A stretch of 64,000 nt of DNA from Eledone cirrhosa (taxonomy: Eukaryota): the NCBI GenBank assembly GCA_964016885.1, contig OZ024747.1:23932001-23996000 (forward strand), in the 5' to 3' direction. A program made the translations under genes and the position numbers. The first letter of the stretch is position 1; each line of letters opens with the position of its first letter. This document shows positions 24,389 to 37,649 of this stretch, piece after piece. Under the pieces are notes generated by a model. That model did no database searches. It was not told the origin of the DNA and saw only the letters and a list, made by a program, of their open reading frames with translations.

Positions 24389-24571
24389 AATATATATATA
24401 TATAAATATATATATATATAAATATATATATGTAAATATATATATATATAAATATATATATATGTAAATATATATATATGTAAATATATATATATGTAAA
24501 TATATATATATGTAAATATATATATATGTAAATATATATATATTTATATATATATATATTTATATATATAC

Positions 24572-24619
<48 letters not shown>

Positions 24620-24803
24620 ATTTATATATATATATATTTATATATATATATATATTTATATATATATAAAAATTTATATATATATATATTTATATCGAAA
24701 GTGATTTTTCATTGCATCTCTTCTTTCCATGATATCCGGATTACATTGAGTTCTTCATACGGATTGGACACTACCGTAAACTCTTGGTAGATTTATCTAC
24801 ATA

Positions 24804-24849
<46 letters not shown>

Positions 24850-25115
24850 CATATTTATATTTATACATATATATATTTATATTTATACATATATATATTT
24901 ATATTTATACATATATATATTTATATTTATACATATATATATTTATATTTATACATATATATATTTATATTTATACATATATATATTTATATTTATACAT
25001 ATATATATTTATATTTATACATATATATATTTATATTTATACATATATATATTTATATTTATACATATATATATTTATATTTATACATATATATAATATA
25101 TATATATATATATGT
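23166..25115. repeat. AT-rich (TA)n/(TTTATA)n arrays with an internal inversion and a short unique spacer (~24696-24795)
   Basis: TTTATACATATATA units switch to TATATGTATAAA / TATAAA units at ~24100-24540, then switch back. Confidence 0.93.
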
Positions 25116-25807
25116 GTGTATGTGTGTGTGTGTGTTTCATTTGTTTGCTTTGCAACTCATGAGGTTTGATTCTACAGCATGTTATCTTGACCATCAAGTG
25201 TTTTGGTGTTGGTGAGGATGATGGTAGTGGTTATGATGATGATGATATTAGTGGCGGGTGGGTGATGGGGGTGTTGGTGTTAGTAGGGTTAGCATTGGTG
25301 GTGTTGCAACAGCAGTGATGGTGGTGGTGAGGAGGATGTTGATTATTATGATGATGATGAGGAGGAGGAGAGAGTGGAAAATTTGAAAGACATTGCAGAT
25401 TTGAATGCAACATAGAGCAAAGTATTAAAAAAATAATGTCCTCTCAACTAAACCACAGATATATGTGAGGTGGGAAAACAACACACATTTATCTATATAT
25501 CTATGTAATAATTCATCTATTCAGTTATTTATTTGTTTGTTTATTCCTCTAGGCCACCATATCCTAGTTTCTCAAATTACAATGTCTAGTTGTTATTCAA
25601 TAGAGATGGAGTAGAGACAGTTTTCTCTCTGTTTGATGAAGCTAATGTTGAGGTCAGGACTATCTCACCAATCAAACCTTTATCAACATTTTCAAGTTCC
25701 ATTTGAAGTGAAGGATGGGATGAGGGCTGACAGGGTGGTGCTGCTTTCTTGCAAATTTGATGAATGTTTGGAGTGCAATTGGTGAAGTTGGTACATGTGA
25801 ATGAAAG

Positions 25808-25975
25808 GGCGCAGCTTGGCTGAATAGTTAAGAAGCTTGCTTTACAATCATTTGGTTCTAGGTTCAATCCCATTGCAGGGAATCTTGGGCAAATGTCATT
25901 TACGATAGTTTCAGATTGATTCATATCTTGTGAATGAAACAATGTAGTCAGAAACTGTTTGGAAGCCTGTCAAAT
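25808..25975 (+). mobile_element. tRNA-derived SINE (CORE-like), degenerate
   Basis: A-box-like TGGCTGAATAGTTAAG, B-box-like GGTTCAATCCC, then CORE-like TCTTGGGCAAATGTCATT. Related head at 40845-40940. Confidence 0.6.
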
Positions 25976-26647
25976 GGACTGTATCTGTAATTATCACTCG
26001 TTATGTCACACTGAATCTCCCAGAAAATTGCATTGAGTGTACACGTGTCTGTAGAATGCTCAGCCACTTACACAATAATTTCATAAACAAGCTGCTCAAG
26101 AACACAATGCTTTACCTAGCTTGGAGTATTGACTTGGAGTAGCAATAGGAAAGCGTCACTTGCTGTGTAGTTAGTTACTATGGTGATATCTATCTGTCTT
26201 TCACACACAGTCTCTCTCTTGAAGTTCATTTCTCTCTCAACATTTCATATGGGAAAAATAGTTTCAGTTTACAAGCATTTTGGGTGATGAATGGCCTTGA
26301 GGAACAAATTAAGTTCGTAAACTGGTTTCACTTTACAGTAACATATTTCATCATCCCCTGTGCTCTACCAATTAAAGCCTGCAGCATCACTACCCCCCCC
26401 CCCCCACACACACACCTGCAGCATCACCACAACCACCACCATTACCATACCCCCCCACTACGCACGCTGCCCCCCCACACACTGCGCCCGCTGCCCCAGC
26501 CCCACACTGCGCCCGCTGCCCTACCCCCCCACCACATTCACAACCATCACTGCCACTACCACCACCAACACTAACACGGCATAATTGTATTTATTTATAT
26601 CCTACTTCCTCCTAAACTTAAATCCCACTGCTGTCAACTTTACTGAC

Positions 26648-26900
26648 AGGTGGTGGTGGTGGTGATGATGGTATTGTTGCTGTTAGTGTTGTAGTTTTTG
26701 ATGTTGCTGGCAGTGTTCGTAGTGGTGATGGTGCTGTTGTAGTTGTTGATGATGATGATGATGTTCTTGATTATGACGATGTTGATAATGACATGACCAT
26801 GACAACGACGAGGATGATGATGATGATGATAAAGATGAAGATGATGATGATAAAGATGATAATGATGATGATGATATTGATAATGTTTTTATTGTTGATG
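26648..26900. repeat. Imperfect (GGT/GAT)n trinucleotide repeat
   Basis: Direct reading. Confidence 0.85.
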
Positions 26901-27097
26901 CACTCAGCTGGAAAGAATAAGTACCATCAGTAGCAAAATAGTGTGAAGAGGGGTGGGATTAATCCTGCAATGGACTCAGTGGGGTGGTGTTGTACTCTCA
27001 CTCACTTAACAGCAGTGAATCCAGGATTACCTCCAGCCCTATGAACAAAGGAGCTTGGAACAGTGTTGAATTTTTTCTACAATAGAGACAGATAAGC

Positions 27098-27190
27098 ACA
27101 CACACATGCTCATGCACACACGCACACACACAGATGCATGCACGCACACATGCACGCACGCATACACACACATACACACACCCATACATG

Positions 27191-27226
<36 letters not shown>

Positions 27227-27247
27227 TACACACACACAAACATACAT

Positions 27248-27317
<70 letters not shown>

Positions 27318-27335
27318 GAGACACACATATACACA
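27098..27335. repeat. (CA)n microsatellite
   Basis: Direct reading. Confidence 0.95.
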
Positions 27336-28243
27336 AAGAACTCAGTAGAATTTTGATACCAAGAAATAAATGGTAAAGTGGATTCAAGAGTTTTTGTGTT
27401 TTGAATAACAAAAATGTTTAATTGGTTTAGTTTCAACTCATGGTCTCTTGCCAGATAAGCCCATGTGACCTTAACTCCCAATGGAGTTATAGGGTTGCCA
27501 TCATGACATACAGCATGACTTGGGTACTTAAACCTGGCAGTGTCCATATCCTCTCTAGACCTGAACACAGAGAGAGAGAGAGTGCAAAAGAAATATAGAG
27601 GAATAATCAACTCCAGTACTGGACTGGCACTTTTTTATTGACTTTGAAAGAATGAAAAACAAAGCTGACCTCAGCGAGGTTTGATCTGAGATCCCAGAGA
27701 GACAGACTGAGTACAACAAAACAACACTGACAATTCACCACCTAGCCAGATAAGTATAAATCTGAAATAAATAAGGAACTGTCTTCACGTTAATTGGTTT
27801 CTGACTGCAAACATCTGTAAAAGATCACAAAAGCCTTTGTGGAGAAGAAATATTGTCTTTTACAATTATGCAATTCTGCTGCTCAAGAATTTCATAACAA
27901 ATCTGAAACTGAATAAATGATAGGTAAATGATATGTTCAGCACCCCCACCCCCACTCCTGGAGGGTCAGGGAAAAGGGAAGTGAAGTGAACTGAAGGTAA
28001 ATGATATGTTTACTTTATAAACTGAGACTTTCAACATTTAAATAGTTTCAAGGAATTTAGTCATGTAATACTTTCAAATTACGTAAAAGAATATATATAT
28101 ATATATAAAGGCATGTGTGTATTTTTGATCAAGCGTTTATGGGTTCATGTTGTTAAAATGTAACACATGCAAGCCAGGAAAATAGGCATTAAATGGTGGT
28201 AATGATAGTGATGGCGATGACGAAGATACATATATATACATAT

Positions 28244-28534
28244 ATGATATTAAATAAATGGAAACTATATTTATAAAACCATATTTATTTCGTTATATAT
28301 ATTTCAGGGATATCATATTAACAATATGTTATGCCTTCTTCAGACAAAATACAATATAAACAGTCTTATAAATAAATAGATACGACATACCTTTCAATCA
28401 CCTTGCATTTGGGAGGTTGAACCTCCATTTTGTCTGAAGAAGGCATAACATATTGTTAATATGATATCCCTGAAATATATATAACGAAATAAATATGGTT
28501 TTATAAATATAGTTTCCATTTATTTAATATCATA
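28244..28534. repeat. Perfect-looking inverted repeat, ~107-bp arms, ~76-bp spacer
   Basis: 28244-28350 is the reverse complement of 28427-28534. Confidence 0.92.
28427..28490 (+). ncRNA. Minimal type I hammerhead ribozyme motif (mirror copy on - strand at 28287-28350)
   Basis: ATTTTGT-CTGAAGA-AGG..CCT-GAAA-TATATA-TA-ACGAAAT. Stem I is 7 bp (one G-U), with CUGANGA and GAAA cores, stem II closed by AGG/CCT, and a palindromic minimal stem III. Confidence 0.65.
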
Positions 28535-28796
28535 AATATACTCCAAATACTTGTTGAGTGCTTTTATATCAGTTATAAATATTTACTCGTTGTTAACCCA
28601 ACAATTTAAATATAACTTTCCATATATATACATATATATATTTATGGATGTCAACATCCAAGAGCTTGACTGGTCATGCTTGGGGATCCAGCCAGATCAG
28701 TTGGAGATGGTTGCTTCTGACTGGGCCAGCTGGAGGCCTTGTCCCACGGCTCTCTCAGGAATAAGTGGGTAAAGAAGAAGATATATATATATGTAT

Positions 28797-28828
<32 letters not shown>

Positions 28829-30018
28829 CAAATTAATACATACAAACTAATCAAGGAGGAGAGATAGATTAGTTGTGAGAATTATATGCCAGTAGTGAAG
28901 GGGACAGTGTGCTCAATGCGTATAAGATGCAAAGCAAGCAAACAATGTAAGCAAGAGAAATAATGTCAAGCAAAAAATGTATAAGTAGAGCATTAATATA
29001 GAAATTAAATGCTAGAGAAAACAATATCAAATTCTTGAACAAATATATTTAATGGCTTACAATTGTTTCAAAAATCATATCAGAATGCAGCTCATACAGA
29101 ACCAAATAGAAAATAAATATAAAATTCAAAAATACATGTCACTAAAGATAAGGACTACATTAAATATAAAAGGCGAAGCATACCAGTCAACATATAAAGG
29201 ATCGAAACAGAATTATTATACATTTTAAATTCAAAGAAATTAACCATTTAAAAAATGGCGGAGATATGAAACAGGAAACAAGGAGGGCTATGTAGCAAGG
29301 GGCATAAATATGATGAAAGGGAGACAATTTGGCAATAAAGCCAAAATAAGCATTTAATTGAATTACTAAGGAAAATATAAAAAAAAAAAGGAAGATAGAT
29401 GTTAGTACTATACTTAACAGTAGAATAAAAAAATGAATATAGGTGTGAAAAGAAATAGCATGCAAAATTAATCAAGGAGGTTAATATCGGCGGAATCATT
29501 AAAAATAAAATAATTAGAAGGATATTAAGATAATGGCGGAAAGATGAAAAAAGTATATTATAAATTAAAGAGTAAGAAAAAGATAGAAAAAAAGAAAAGT
29601 AATATTATCATATTTAATGGTCAGGTTATGTATACCAGGGTGTAAGAGGTCAAATTACTAAGCAAATATTCCTCTGGTGGTTAATTAAAGTGTAGAGCTG
29701 AGGGAAGGTCTAGGTTGAGGAAATAGTGAAGAAGAAAAAGAAATACTAAAAAGCTGAAAAGAAAATAGATATTAATAAGTTATGCTAAGGCAAAAGGAGA
29801 TACGGCAATAGGAATACCAATTATAAAAAGATAAAAAAAATATATAGATAAAAATTAAAATAATTTAAAAGAATAATTTAAAATAATTTATAAAGAATAT
29901 GGTGAAAGAGTATATGAAAGTCATAAAAGGAGGAGAAAGGCCTAGATAGTGAGGGTTAATACTAAAAAGAAATAAAGTAGTGGGATACTATAGGCAGTGT
30001 ATTATAAATAATTATAAA

Positions 30019-30300
30019 TGTGAGGACAGTGCAAGCTTTGTACAGAGGTGCTGTCAGTAAAATGACATGGAGGATGACCGCTGGGTAAAGAAGTGCCAAG
30101 AAATGCCAGTTGAACGAAGATGCAGTAGTGGAAGACCACAAAAAACATGGGTGGAGGTGGTGAGAGCAGACCTAAGATTGCTGAAGCTCACGGTGGAGAT
30201 GACAAAGGACCGTGACACGTGGAGAGATGCTGTCCTGAATAGAACCCATCCCACCCTTGTAAGCAGGGAAAAGCGAACGTAAAATGATGATGATGATGAT
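30019..30300 (+). mobile_element. Internally deleted RTE fragment (mid-RT piece joined to 3' end, (GAT)n tail)
   Basis: GTGAGGACAGTGCAAGCTTTGTACAGAGG matches the VRTVQTLYRG region (~31620-31665, - strand). It is joined directly to the MEDDRWVKKCQEMPVE..REKRT 3' end. Confidence 0.85.
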
Positions 30301-30476
30301 TAAAAGGAGTATAAATAGGTGTTAATACTTTATGCTAAACCACAACAGAAACACAAACCCTCCATCTCAATTTTACTTTTGAAAATCATAAGAACTGTGA
30401 AACCGGTAAAGTAAATAAATAAATATTCTTAAAAGACTCCAGTTGCATTTTCAATTTCTTTTCCTTATATATATAT

Positions 30477-32910
30477 CATCATCATCATCATCATCATCAT
30501 TTTACGTCCGCTTTTCCCTGCTGGCAAGGGTGGGACGGGTCTTATTCAGCACAGCATCTCTCCACTCGTCACGGTCCTTCGTCATCTCCACCGTGAGCTT
30601 CAATGATCTGAGGTCTGTTCTCACCACCTCCGCCCATGTTTTTCGTGGTCTACCTCTACCACGTCTTCCTTCAACTGGCATTTCCTGGCACTTCTTCACC
30701 CATCGGTCATCCTCCATGCGCATCACATGTCCATACCACCTCAGTCTCCTCTCCCGTACACTACATTCTATCCCTCTCAGACACAGTTTCTCTCTCAACA
30801 CATTTATGCTGGGTCGTTCACGCACATTTACACTGCACATCCAACGGAGCATGCTTGCCTCATTTCTCTCCAGCCGTCGCATATCTTCTGCAGTTGCTGC
30901 CCATGTCTCACTACCATGCAGCATCGCGCTCCTCACACAGGCATCATACAACCGGCCTTTCGTACGCAGGGAGAAACCCTTCTTCGTCAACAGAGGAAAC
31001 AGCTCCCTAAACTTCTTCCAACCCGTCCTTATTCTAGATACTATGACCTCGGAACACCCTCCTCCCATGCTAATCTGAACTCCTAGGTACCAGAAGTTAT
31101 CCACCACTTCTATAGCGCCCTCCTGCATTTGAAAAATGTGTCTATCAATGCGACTTCTACTGTCTAATTTCCCTGTACATCTACTGCATACATATTTCTC
31201 CCTACCTGTTAGTTTGCCTGCTATCCCGCTACATCTCTTGTGTACCCAGGATCTGCATTGTGTGCATTTTATAGAATTTATGCCAGTTCCTTTTCTGCAT
31301 ATCGAACATGACCATTTCCCTGACGGAATCAGGGTTTTGTCCTCTTTTCTACTCATCAACACTTTTGTCTTAGCTAGGTTCACTCTCAGTCCTCTTGCTT
31401 CCAACTGCTGTTTCCATAGCCAGAATTTATTCTCTAGCTCCTCTACTGATTCTGCTATAAGAACCAGATCGTCAGCATAGAGAAGTTCCCATGGACAGCC
31501 AGTCTTAAACTCCTCTGTTATGGCTTGGAGGACTATAATGAACAAGAGCTGGCTGAGGACCGAACCCTGATGTACTCCTACTTGTATCTGGAATTCCTCA
31601 CTAAACTCCATTCCTACCCTGACTTTACTGAGAGTACCTCTGTACAAAGTTTGCACTGTCCTCACAAGCCATTCCTCAACACCTAGCTTCCTTAGGGACC
31701 ACCAGATGACAGATCGGGGTACCCTATCAAAGGCCTTCTCTAGGTCAACAAAGGCTAAGTATAGTGGCTTATTCTTCTCTAAGAACCTCCCTTGCAATTG
31801 TCTCACCAAGAAGAGGGCATCTGTTGTACTCTTCCCAGGCACAAAACCAAACTGCATCTCATCTAGTTTGACTCTTTCTCTAATTAGTTGTGCTAAAATC
31901 CTTTCTGCCACTTTCATAACCTGATCTATCAGTTTTATACCCCTATAATTGCTCCTCTCCAGAGCATCCCCTTTACCTTTGTAGCAATTTATGAGAATAC
32001 TGCTGCACCAGTCTTTGGGTATGACACCACCATATATAGCCTGATTGATGATGCGTGCAACCAGTTTAGTGTCTACGTCCCCTGATGCTTCAGCATCTCA
32101 GCAACTATTCCCGATGGTCCGGCAGCCTTACCATTTTTCATTTCCCTAATCGCCTCTTGGACCCTATATTCGTCAATCTCAATAGCTGGTCCCTCTGTCG
32201 GATCTACCAAGGGTAATTTCTCTCTCTCCCATTTGTTCTCCACATTCATCAGTCTCTCATAATGACATTTCCAGGCCTCCTTTTTCTGATCATTTGTGAC
32301 ACTAAGTACACCGGCATCATCCCGGACACATTTATCTCCAACAACATCCTGATTTGCATTGACACACTGCCTTGCAATGTGGAACACCGCACGCCTCTGA
32401 TCTTCCCGTCGCAGAATATCGGCAAACCTCCTACTCTCTGCCTCCCTGCGTGCTAAGTACACCTGACGTCTAGCTTCTCTCTTAGTGGCTGTATATTCTT
32501 CTCTACTCCCACCCTTTTTCCAAGCCTTCCATGCTAGTCTTTTGTCTCTAATAGCCTTATCTACTGTGCTGTTCCACCACCAGGTCACTCTCTGTCTGGT
32601 TGGAGCTCTGCTCCAGCCACAAGTTTCATCAGTAGCCTGCAGCAAGTTGTCACGTAAGAAATTCCAGTTATTATCTATGTCATACGTCTCTAAATCGTCT
32701 TCTTTTTTGTCATATACAACTTGAAGGGCTTTCCTAAATTTGTATTTTAGTGAAAGGTCTTTTAGCTTCCAGACCTTTCTTCTCCACACCTTCCTATATG
32801 TCTCATTCCATCTCTCGCTTACTGAGATATCACTAACAACTAACCTATGCTGTGGGGTACATTCTTCCCCAGGGTATGCCTTGGTATTAGACACTATCTG
32901 CCTGTCCCGC
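30477..32910 (-). mobile_element. RTE-clade LINE, 5'-truncated at the end of the APE domain, one frameshift, PHD finger in RT region
   Basis: ORF 32073-32969 (PQHRLVV, VTWWWN, MKNGKAAGPSGI) and ORF 30502-31917 (QFGF, DLEKAFDRV, GVHQGSVLS, YADD). (CAT)n at 30477-30500 is the tail. Confidence 0.93.
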
Positions 32911-35900
32911 AAAGGCAGATTTTTGTGTCTGTATGTATGTTTCAATTTTATACATTTACACAATTCCAAAAATATTGAATGTATAATTAAGCAGAATGTT
33001 TACAAATATTCTAACTTGCGTCATGGGCGAACTTATTGGGTAAAAAATGCCACAATTACGAAAAAAAATCGATTTATTTCAACAATCGATGATTTCTCCT
33101 CTCTCATATGATATACGTTTCCTATATCTACTCCCTTCATCACCTCCCCTTAAAATTGCTACCTTCTCTTATAAGTGTTTGTGAAAAAGAGAAACATTGA
33201 ATAAAAAACATATACACACACATATGTGGGTGCATACACACATATATGTTGGTATGGTTACGATTGACGTCATAGAAACAGGAACGCGGGAATTTCAATC
33301 AATCAACGCATACACAGTTTGTTTTAGAAATAACAAGAGCATATAATGATAAAGAGAGATATAATGATAAAGAGGGAGAGAGAGAGAAACAAACAGACAC
33401 ACTAAAAGACAGATATATGTATGTGTGTTTGCATTAGCGCGTTCAAACTCCATTTCGAAGCTGACTTTCATTTACTAAACTGTAACTTTTTCAATCGGCC
33501 TTACACTTTCAAACTATATTTTTCTGTATAAGTAACTTTAACCCTTTATTTTCGACATAAAAATACACACATACATACAAATACCTGTAAATTTTTTTTG
33601 GGGGGCCTTTCTTATCAATTTTTTACATTCAATTATCAGCCTTATACTTTCAAAGTCAATTTTTATGTTGAAGTAACTTTCACCCTTTATTTTTCGATAC
33701 CCATTTACTTACTAACATTTGTATCACAACAACAACAACAATATTCATAAACAGACTGTAGACTTTCAAAGTCAATTTTTCTGTAGAAGTAACTTTCACC
33801 CTTTCTTTTGGACATAAAATGCCACCTAAAAAGAGAAGTCGCCTCAGTCGACATACCGCGTCAGCAGTGGCGCAAAAGGCTACTATAGCAAACGAGTCCT
33901 CTCAGGAAAATGCTTCAAGACTTTCACAGACAGCCTTACGTTCAGCAGAATATTGAGCCGCTGAAAGTTTCCAACAGCGCACCGCACGCCTAGCCAAAAT
34001 GGCTTCATACCAGGCTTCTTCCAGGGCTTCAGAGAGCCGTGAACAAAGGTCGAAGCGCCTGGCTAGAAACGATGTGACTAATGTTGCTTCCAGGTCTTTG
34101 GAACGTTTAAAACAACAGACGGCTCGCCTTCCTACGAACGCTGCGGCTATGACTACCTCCATGGCTTCTGAAGATGCAGACGGGCGGTCCATTAGCATTG
34201 CAAATGTTGCTTCTGCTATTGCTGCCAGACCTTCCCACCAACCACACGACCAATGTTCTACGTTCAAGCGTAACAGTCGACGGCGAGAAGCTGCACGCGG
34301 TGTGACGAGCCCCAACAGCCCTTACTGGCACCTACGGGCTTTCAAGTATCAGCAAAACATTAATTAGTCGATGCGCTCTGACATAAATATAGGCGAGATG
34401 CGCTTCAATTGCCAATTCTGCAATGCTACAAAGTGGGCTGGGGAGCCACCTGCAATGTGCTGCTTAAACGGTAAGGTCACCTTGCCCCCTCTTCCGGAAC
34501 CGCCAGAGCCTTTGAAGGAACTACTGACTGGTTATACCTCAAGGTCAAAAAAAAAAACCCTGATCCCCCCAATAAAAAACGCTCCTGGGGGTACCGGAAA
34601 AACTTTTGTAACGAATTTGATTCTCGCTAAGATTCGTCAGGAGAAAAAAGTTGCATTGTCCGTTGCATTGTCCGGGATCGCTGCTACTTTGCTGCCGGGA
34701 GGCAGGACAGCACATTCAACCTTTAAACTCCCTTTGGATTTAGTAAAAACTGAGACACCAACATGCAATATCAGCAAGAGTTCACACAAAGCTCTGGTTC
34801 TCAAAAGATGTTGCCTCATTGTTTGGGATGAGTGCACAATGGCACACAAGGGTGCTCTTGAGGCATTGGACAGGGCCCGGAAAGACATTAGGGATTCTAC
34901 GGCTCATATGGGTGGCGTAATCCTTCTGCTATCAGGGGATTTTCGGAAAACGCTGCCTGTCATCCCCAAATGGACAAGAGCTGATGAAGTGCGTGCCTGT
35001 CTTAAGTCGTCCATGTTGTGGCTCCAGGTGAATAGTTTGTACTTGAGCACAAATATGCGTGCTCATTTGCATGGTGACAACATGTCTGCAGCACAGAACA
35101 TTTTAGCACTTGGTGAGGGCAAGATCCCTGCGGATGACAAGGGCGGCATAGCAATCGACACCCTGTGCAACATTGTGAGCAGCCCTTCTGACCTTTGGGA
35201 AACAGTTTTTCCTAATGTCTCATCTAACTTTAAAAACCTCGATTGGCTCAGCGAAAGAGCCATCCTTGCTCCGAAAAATACCATGGTTAATTTTATTAAC
35301 GAATAGCTGATTGAGAAGATTCCCGGTCAAGAGCACATCTTCAAATCAGACCCCGACGATATCGTTAATTACCCGGTTGAGTTATTAAATCTCCTTGAGC
35401 CCCCAGGGCTCCCACCTCACATTATTAAGCTTAGGGTTGGCTGTCCCATTATGCTAATAAGGAACTTGCGTCCACCAAAGCAGTGCAACGGTACTCGCAT
35501 GGTCGTCAAGTCACTGACACCCACTTGATTGAGGCCACCATTGTAACGGGGTGCAGAAGAGGGGAGAATGTTTTCATTCCAAGGATGAACCTTTTCCCCT
35601 CGGCGTCAGATATCCCGTTCGATTTCCGGCAATCCCAATTCCCGGTGAGACCATGTTTTGCCATGTCCATTAACAAGTCACAAGGGCAAACATTGTCGGT
35701 GGCGGGCATCCATTTGGGGGAGCCATGCTTCTCCCATGGCCAACTTTATGTTGCCTGTTCCCGCGCAGGGAGCAGGAATGGACTTTTTGCTTACTCTCCT
35801 CAAGGGATGACACGCAATATCGTCTACAAAGAGGTGCTATAGATGTTGGTGCAGGTGTTGGAGCTATGCCGTCTGGAACACTATTTCCTGGTAAGGTATC

Positions 35901-36152
35901 CCATGGCGGACAGATCTGACACCGAGCGGCATCAGAGCCACCATCTTGCAACTTTGGTCTACTAAATTCGCTATTGGAAGATTATTAACCCATCATTGAT
36001 TGACCAAAATGGTAATTGGTTCGTAACTTTTAATAACCAGTTCAACTGCTTTATGCACTTAATTGATAAGCTTATTCGCTTTCAAACCACGTTTACCTGT
36101 AACTTTTCATAGCAAATGAACAAACCCGAGCAACGCCGGGCTAAACTGCTAG
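32911..36152 (+). mobile_element. Helitron, internally deleted (N-terminal Zn-finger region fused to PIF1-type helicase; Rep/HUH absent)
   Basis: Starts MPPKKRSRLSR at ~33819. IGEMRFNCQFCNATKWAGEPPAMCCLNGKV..LPEPPEPL, then APGGTGKTF, SGIAATLLPGGRTAHS, IVWDECTM, GDFRKTLPV, QFPVRPCFAMSINKSQGQT, HGQLYVACSR and NIVYKEVL, with stops and frameshifts. 3' hairpin CCCGAGCAACGCCGGG then CTAG (36149-36152) followed by T. The 5' boundary is approximate. Confidence 0.9.
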
Positions 36153-36559
36153 TATATAATATATAAGAAGCAAAGAAAATTTCAACAATACGAAAGATTT
36201 CCTAGTGGAAGTTCAGGTGTACTCAGGGTTGGTATCCAGTTTCGAGGTGAAAATCCAATTAGAAAATCCAACGAATTTTGAGAGGTCCACGCAAGCATTG
36301 ATATATATATGTATGTAAAATGTAAACAGAAATAATATATATATATATATATATACGCACACATATAAAGATGACAGAAATAAGTTTTAACATAGTTCAA
36401 TTCTTACAATTGTTTCACTTGAGTAAATATATATATTCATCATCATCATCATCATCATCATCATTTAACATATATCTTCCTTGCTAACAAGCATTGAGCA
36501 AGTCTTCAGAATGAGCCACTTCTCAAGCAGAGCCACCAACCTCTCATATATTCCCACAC

Positions 36560-37070
36560 TTTACTAAGTGTATTTTATGGTGGCACCAGCACTAGGGAGG
36601 TGGTCATGTTTTTGACACAGCTGAAGAGTCCTCATGACTCTTTTTGGCATATTTTCTATGGCTGGATGCCCTTCTCACCACCAACCACTTTACATGTATG
36701 TAGTGGGTATAATTATTGTATACATCACCAACACCAGAGATGTTATGTTTTTGACACAACTGAAGAGTTCTTCTAACCCTTTGTTAGGCAAGCTTTTTAT
36801 GGCTGGATGCCTTTCTTATTACCAACTAATTTACAGAATATTCTGGATTTGTTTATTGTGTAGATTACCAACACTCAGGAGGTCGTCATGTGCTTGAGCC
36901 AACTAAAAAATCATTCAGACTCTTTTTGGAACGTTTTCTACAACTGGATCTCCTTCCTATCACTAACCACTTTACAGTGTGTAATGGGTGCATTTATTGT
37001 GTACATTACCAACTCTAGAGATGATATTGTTGATACAACTGAAGAGTCCTCTTAGTGCTTTTTGGCATGC
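36560..37070 (-). repeat. Degenerate ~140-bp tandem repeat related to the RTE 3'-UTR motif
   Basis: GCTGGATGCCCTT..CCAACCACTTTACA and TTGACACAACTGAAGAGT recur 3-4 times. This is the reverse complement of the GGTTGGTGTTAGGAAGGGCATCCAGC motif. Confidence 0.65.
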
Positions 37071-37470
37071 TTTGGAATAGGGGTGTAGTGATAGTGAAGA
37101 TACCAGCTAAGGAGTACTAGATGGGGGGAACACATAAATGGGTTAGGTCAGGTCACATTTTATGTTAGTAGGTGATTCTTCTCTACTACAGCATGTTGCC
37201 AATTCTCACACTTCTTTGACATCTCATTAGTGCGGAGAAAGAGCCCTACAGTTAAGCTTAAACCATTTCAATGTTGAAATGGTTTAAGGTTGACCATAGG
37301 GCATTCTATCTTTTAATAATATCTGTTCTACTTTTCTTAAGTATAAAGTACTAAGTTGACTAAAGGTCTTACTAGTATTCACTAGTAACATCTATATGTG
37401 TGTATGTGTGTGTGGATATAAATATATACACACACATTGGTATATATAACCAGTATAATTATTGTTTCAG

Positions 37471-37649
37471 ATCTGTTTTATTGGGGAAAGTATTAAGAAT
37501 CAATGTCAACAAGAAAAGGGATGGGAAAGAGTATGCCATTCCACGGGGTAACCCATTTATCAATGAAACAGACGCTCGTCCAGAGATTTTTGCATATGGA
37601 ATCCGAAATATTTGGCGCTGTGATAAAGATGAAGGGGACCGCATCACAG
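37471..37649 (+). CDS. HHIP-like (HHIPL-type) protein, internal exon A (GSDH beta-propeller)
   Basis: TTTCAG| acceptor and |GTCAGT donor. Encodes SVLLGKVLRINVN..YAIPRGNPFINETDARPEIFAYGIRNIWRCDKDEGDRIT, matching the HHIPL motif LLGKVLRIDV..YxIPxDNPF..PEIYAYGxRNxWRC. Confidence 0.93.

Noticed and set aside
25586-25942. 118-aa minus-strand ORF
   Set aside because: About half is antisense SINE sequence, and the rest has no motif I recognise.
26284-27376. His/Thr/Pro-rich or Cys/Val-rich ORFs
   Set aside because: Products of (CAC)n and (CA)n simple repeats.
28640-28770. Possible exon (LGIQPDQLEMVASDWASWR)
   Set aside because: Resembles a decayed LINE (RTE-type) C-terminus, not an HHIPL segment, and has no convincing splice context.
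34371-35842. Host PIF1 helicase gene
   Set aside because: It is intronless with stops and frameshifts, and has a Helitron N-terminal motif and a 3' hairpin-CTAG, so it is transposon-derived.
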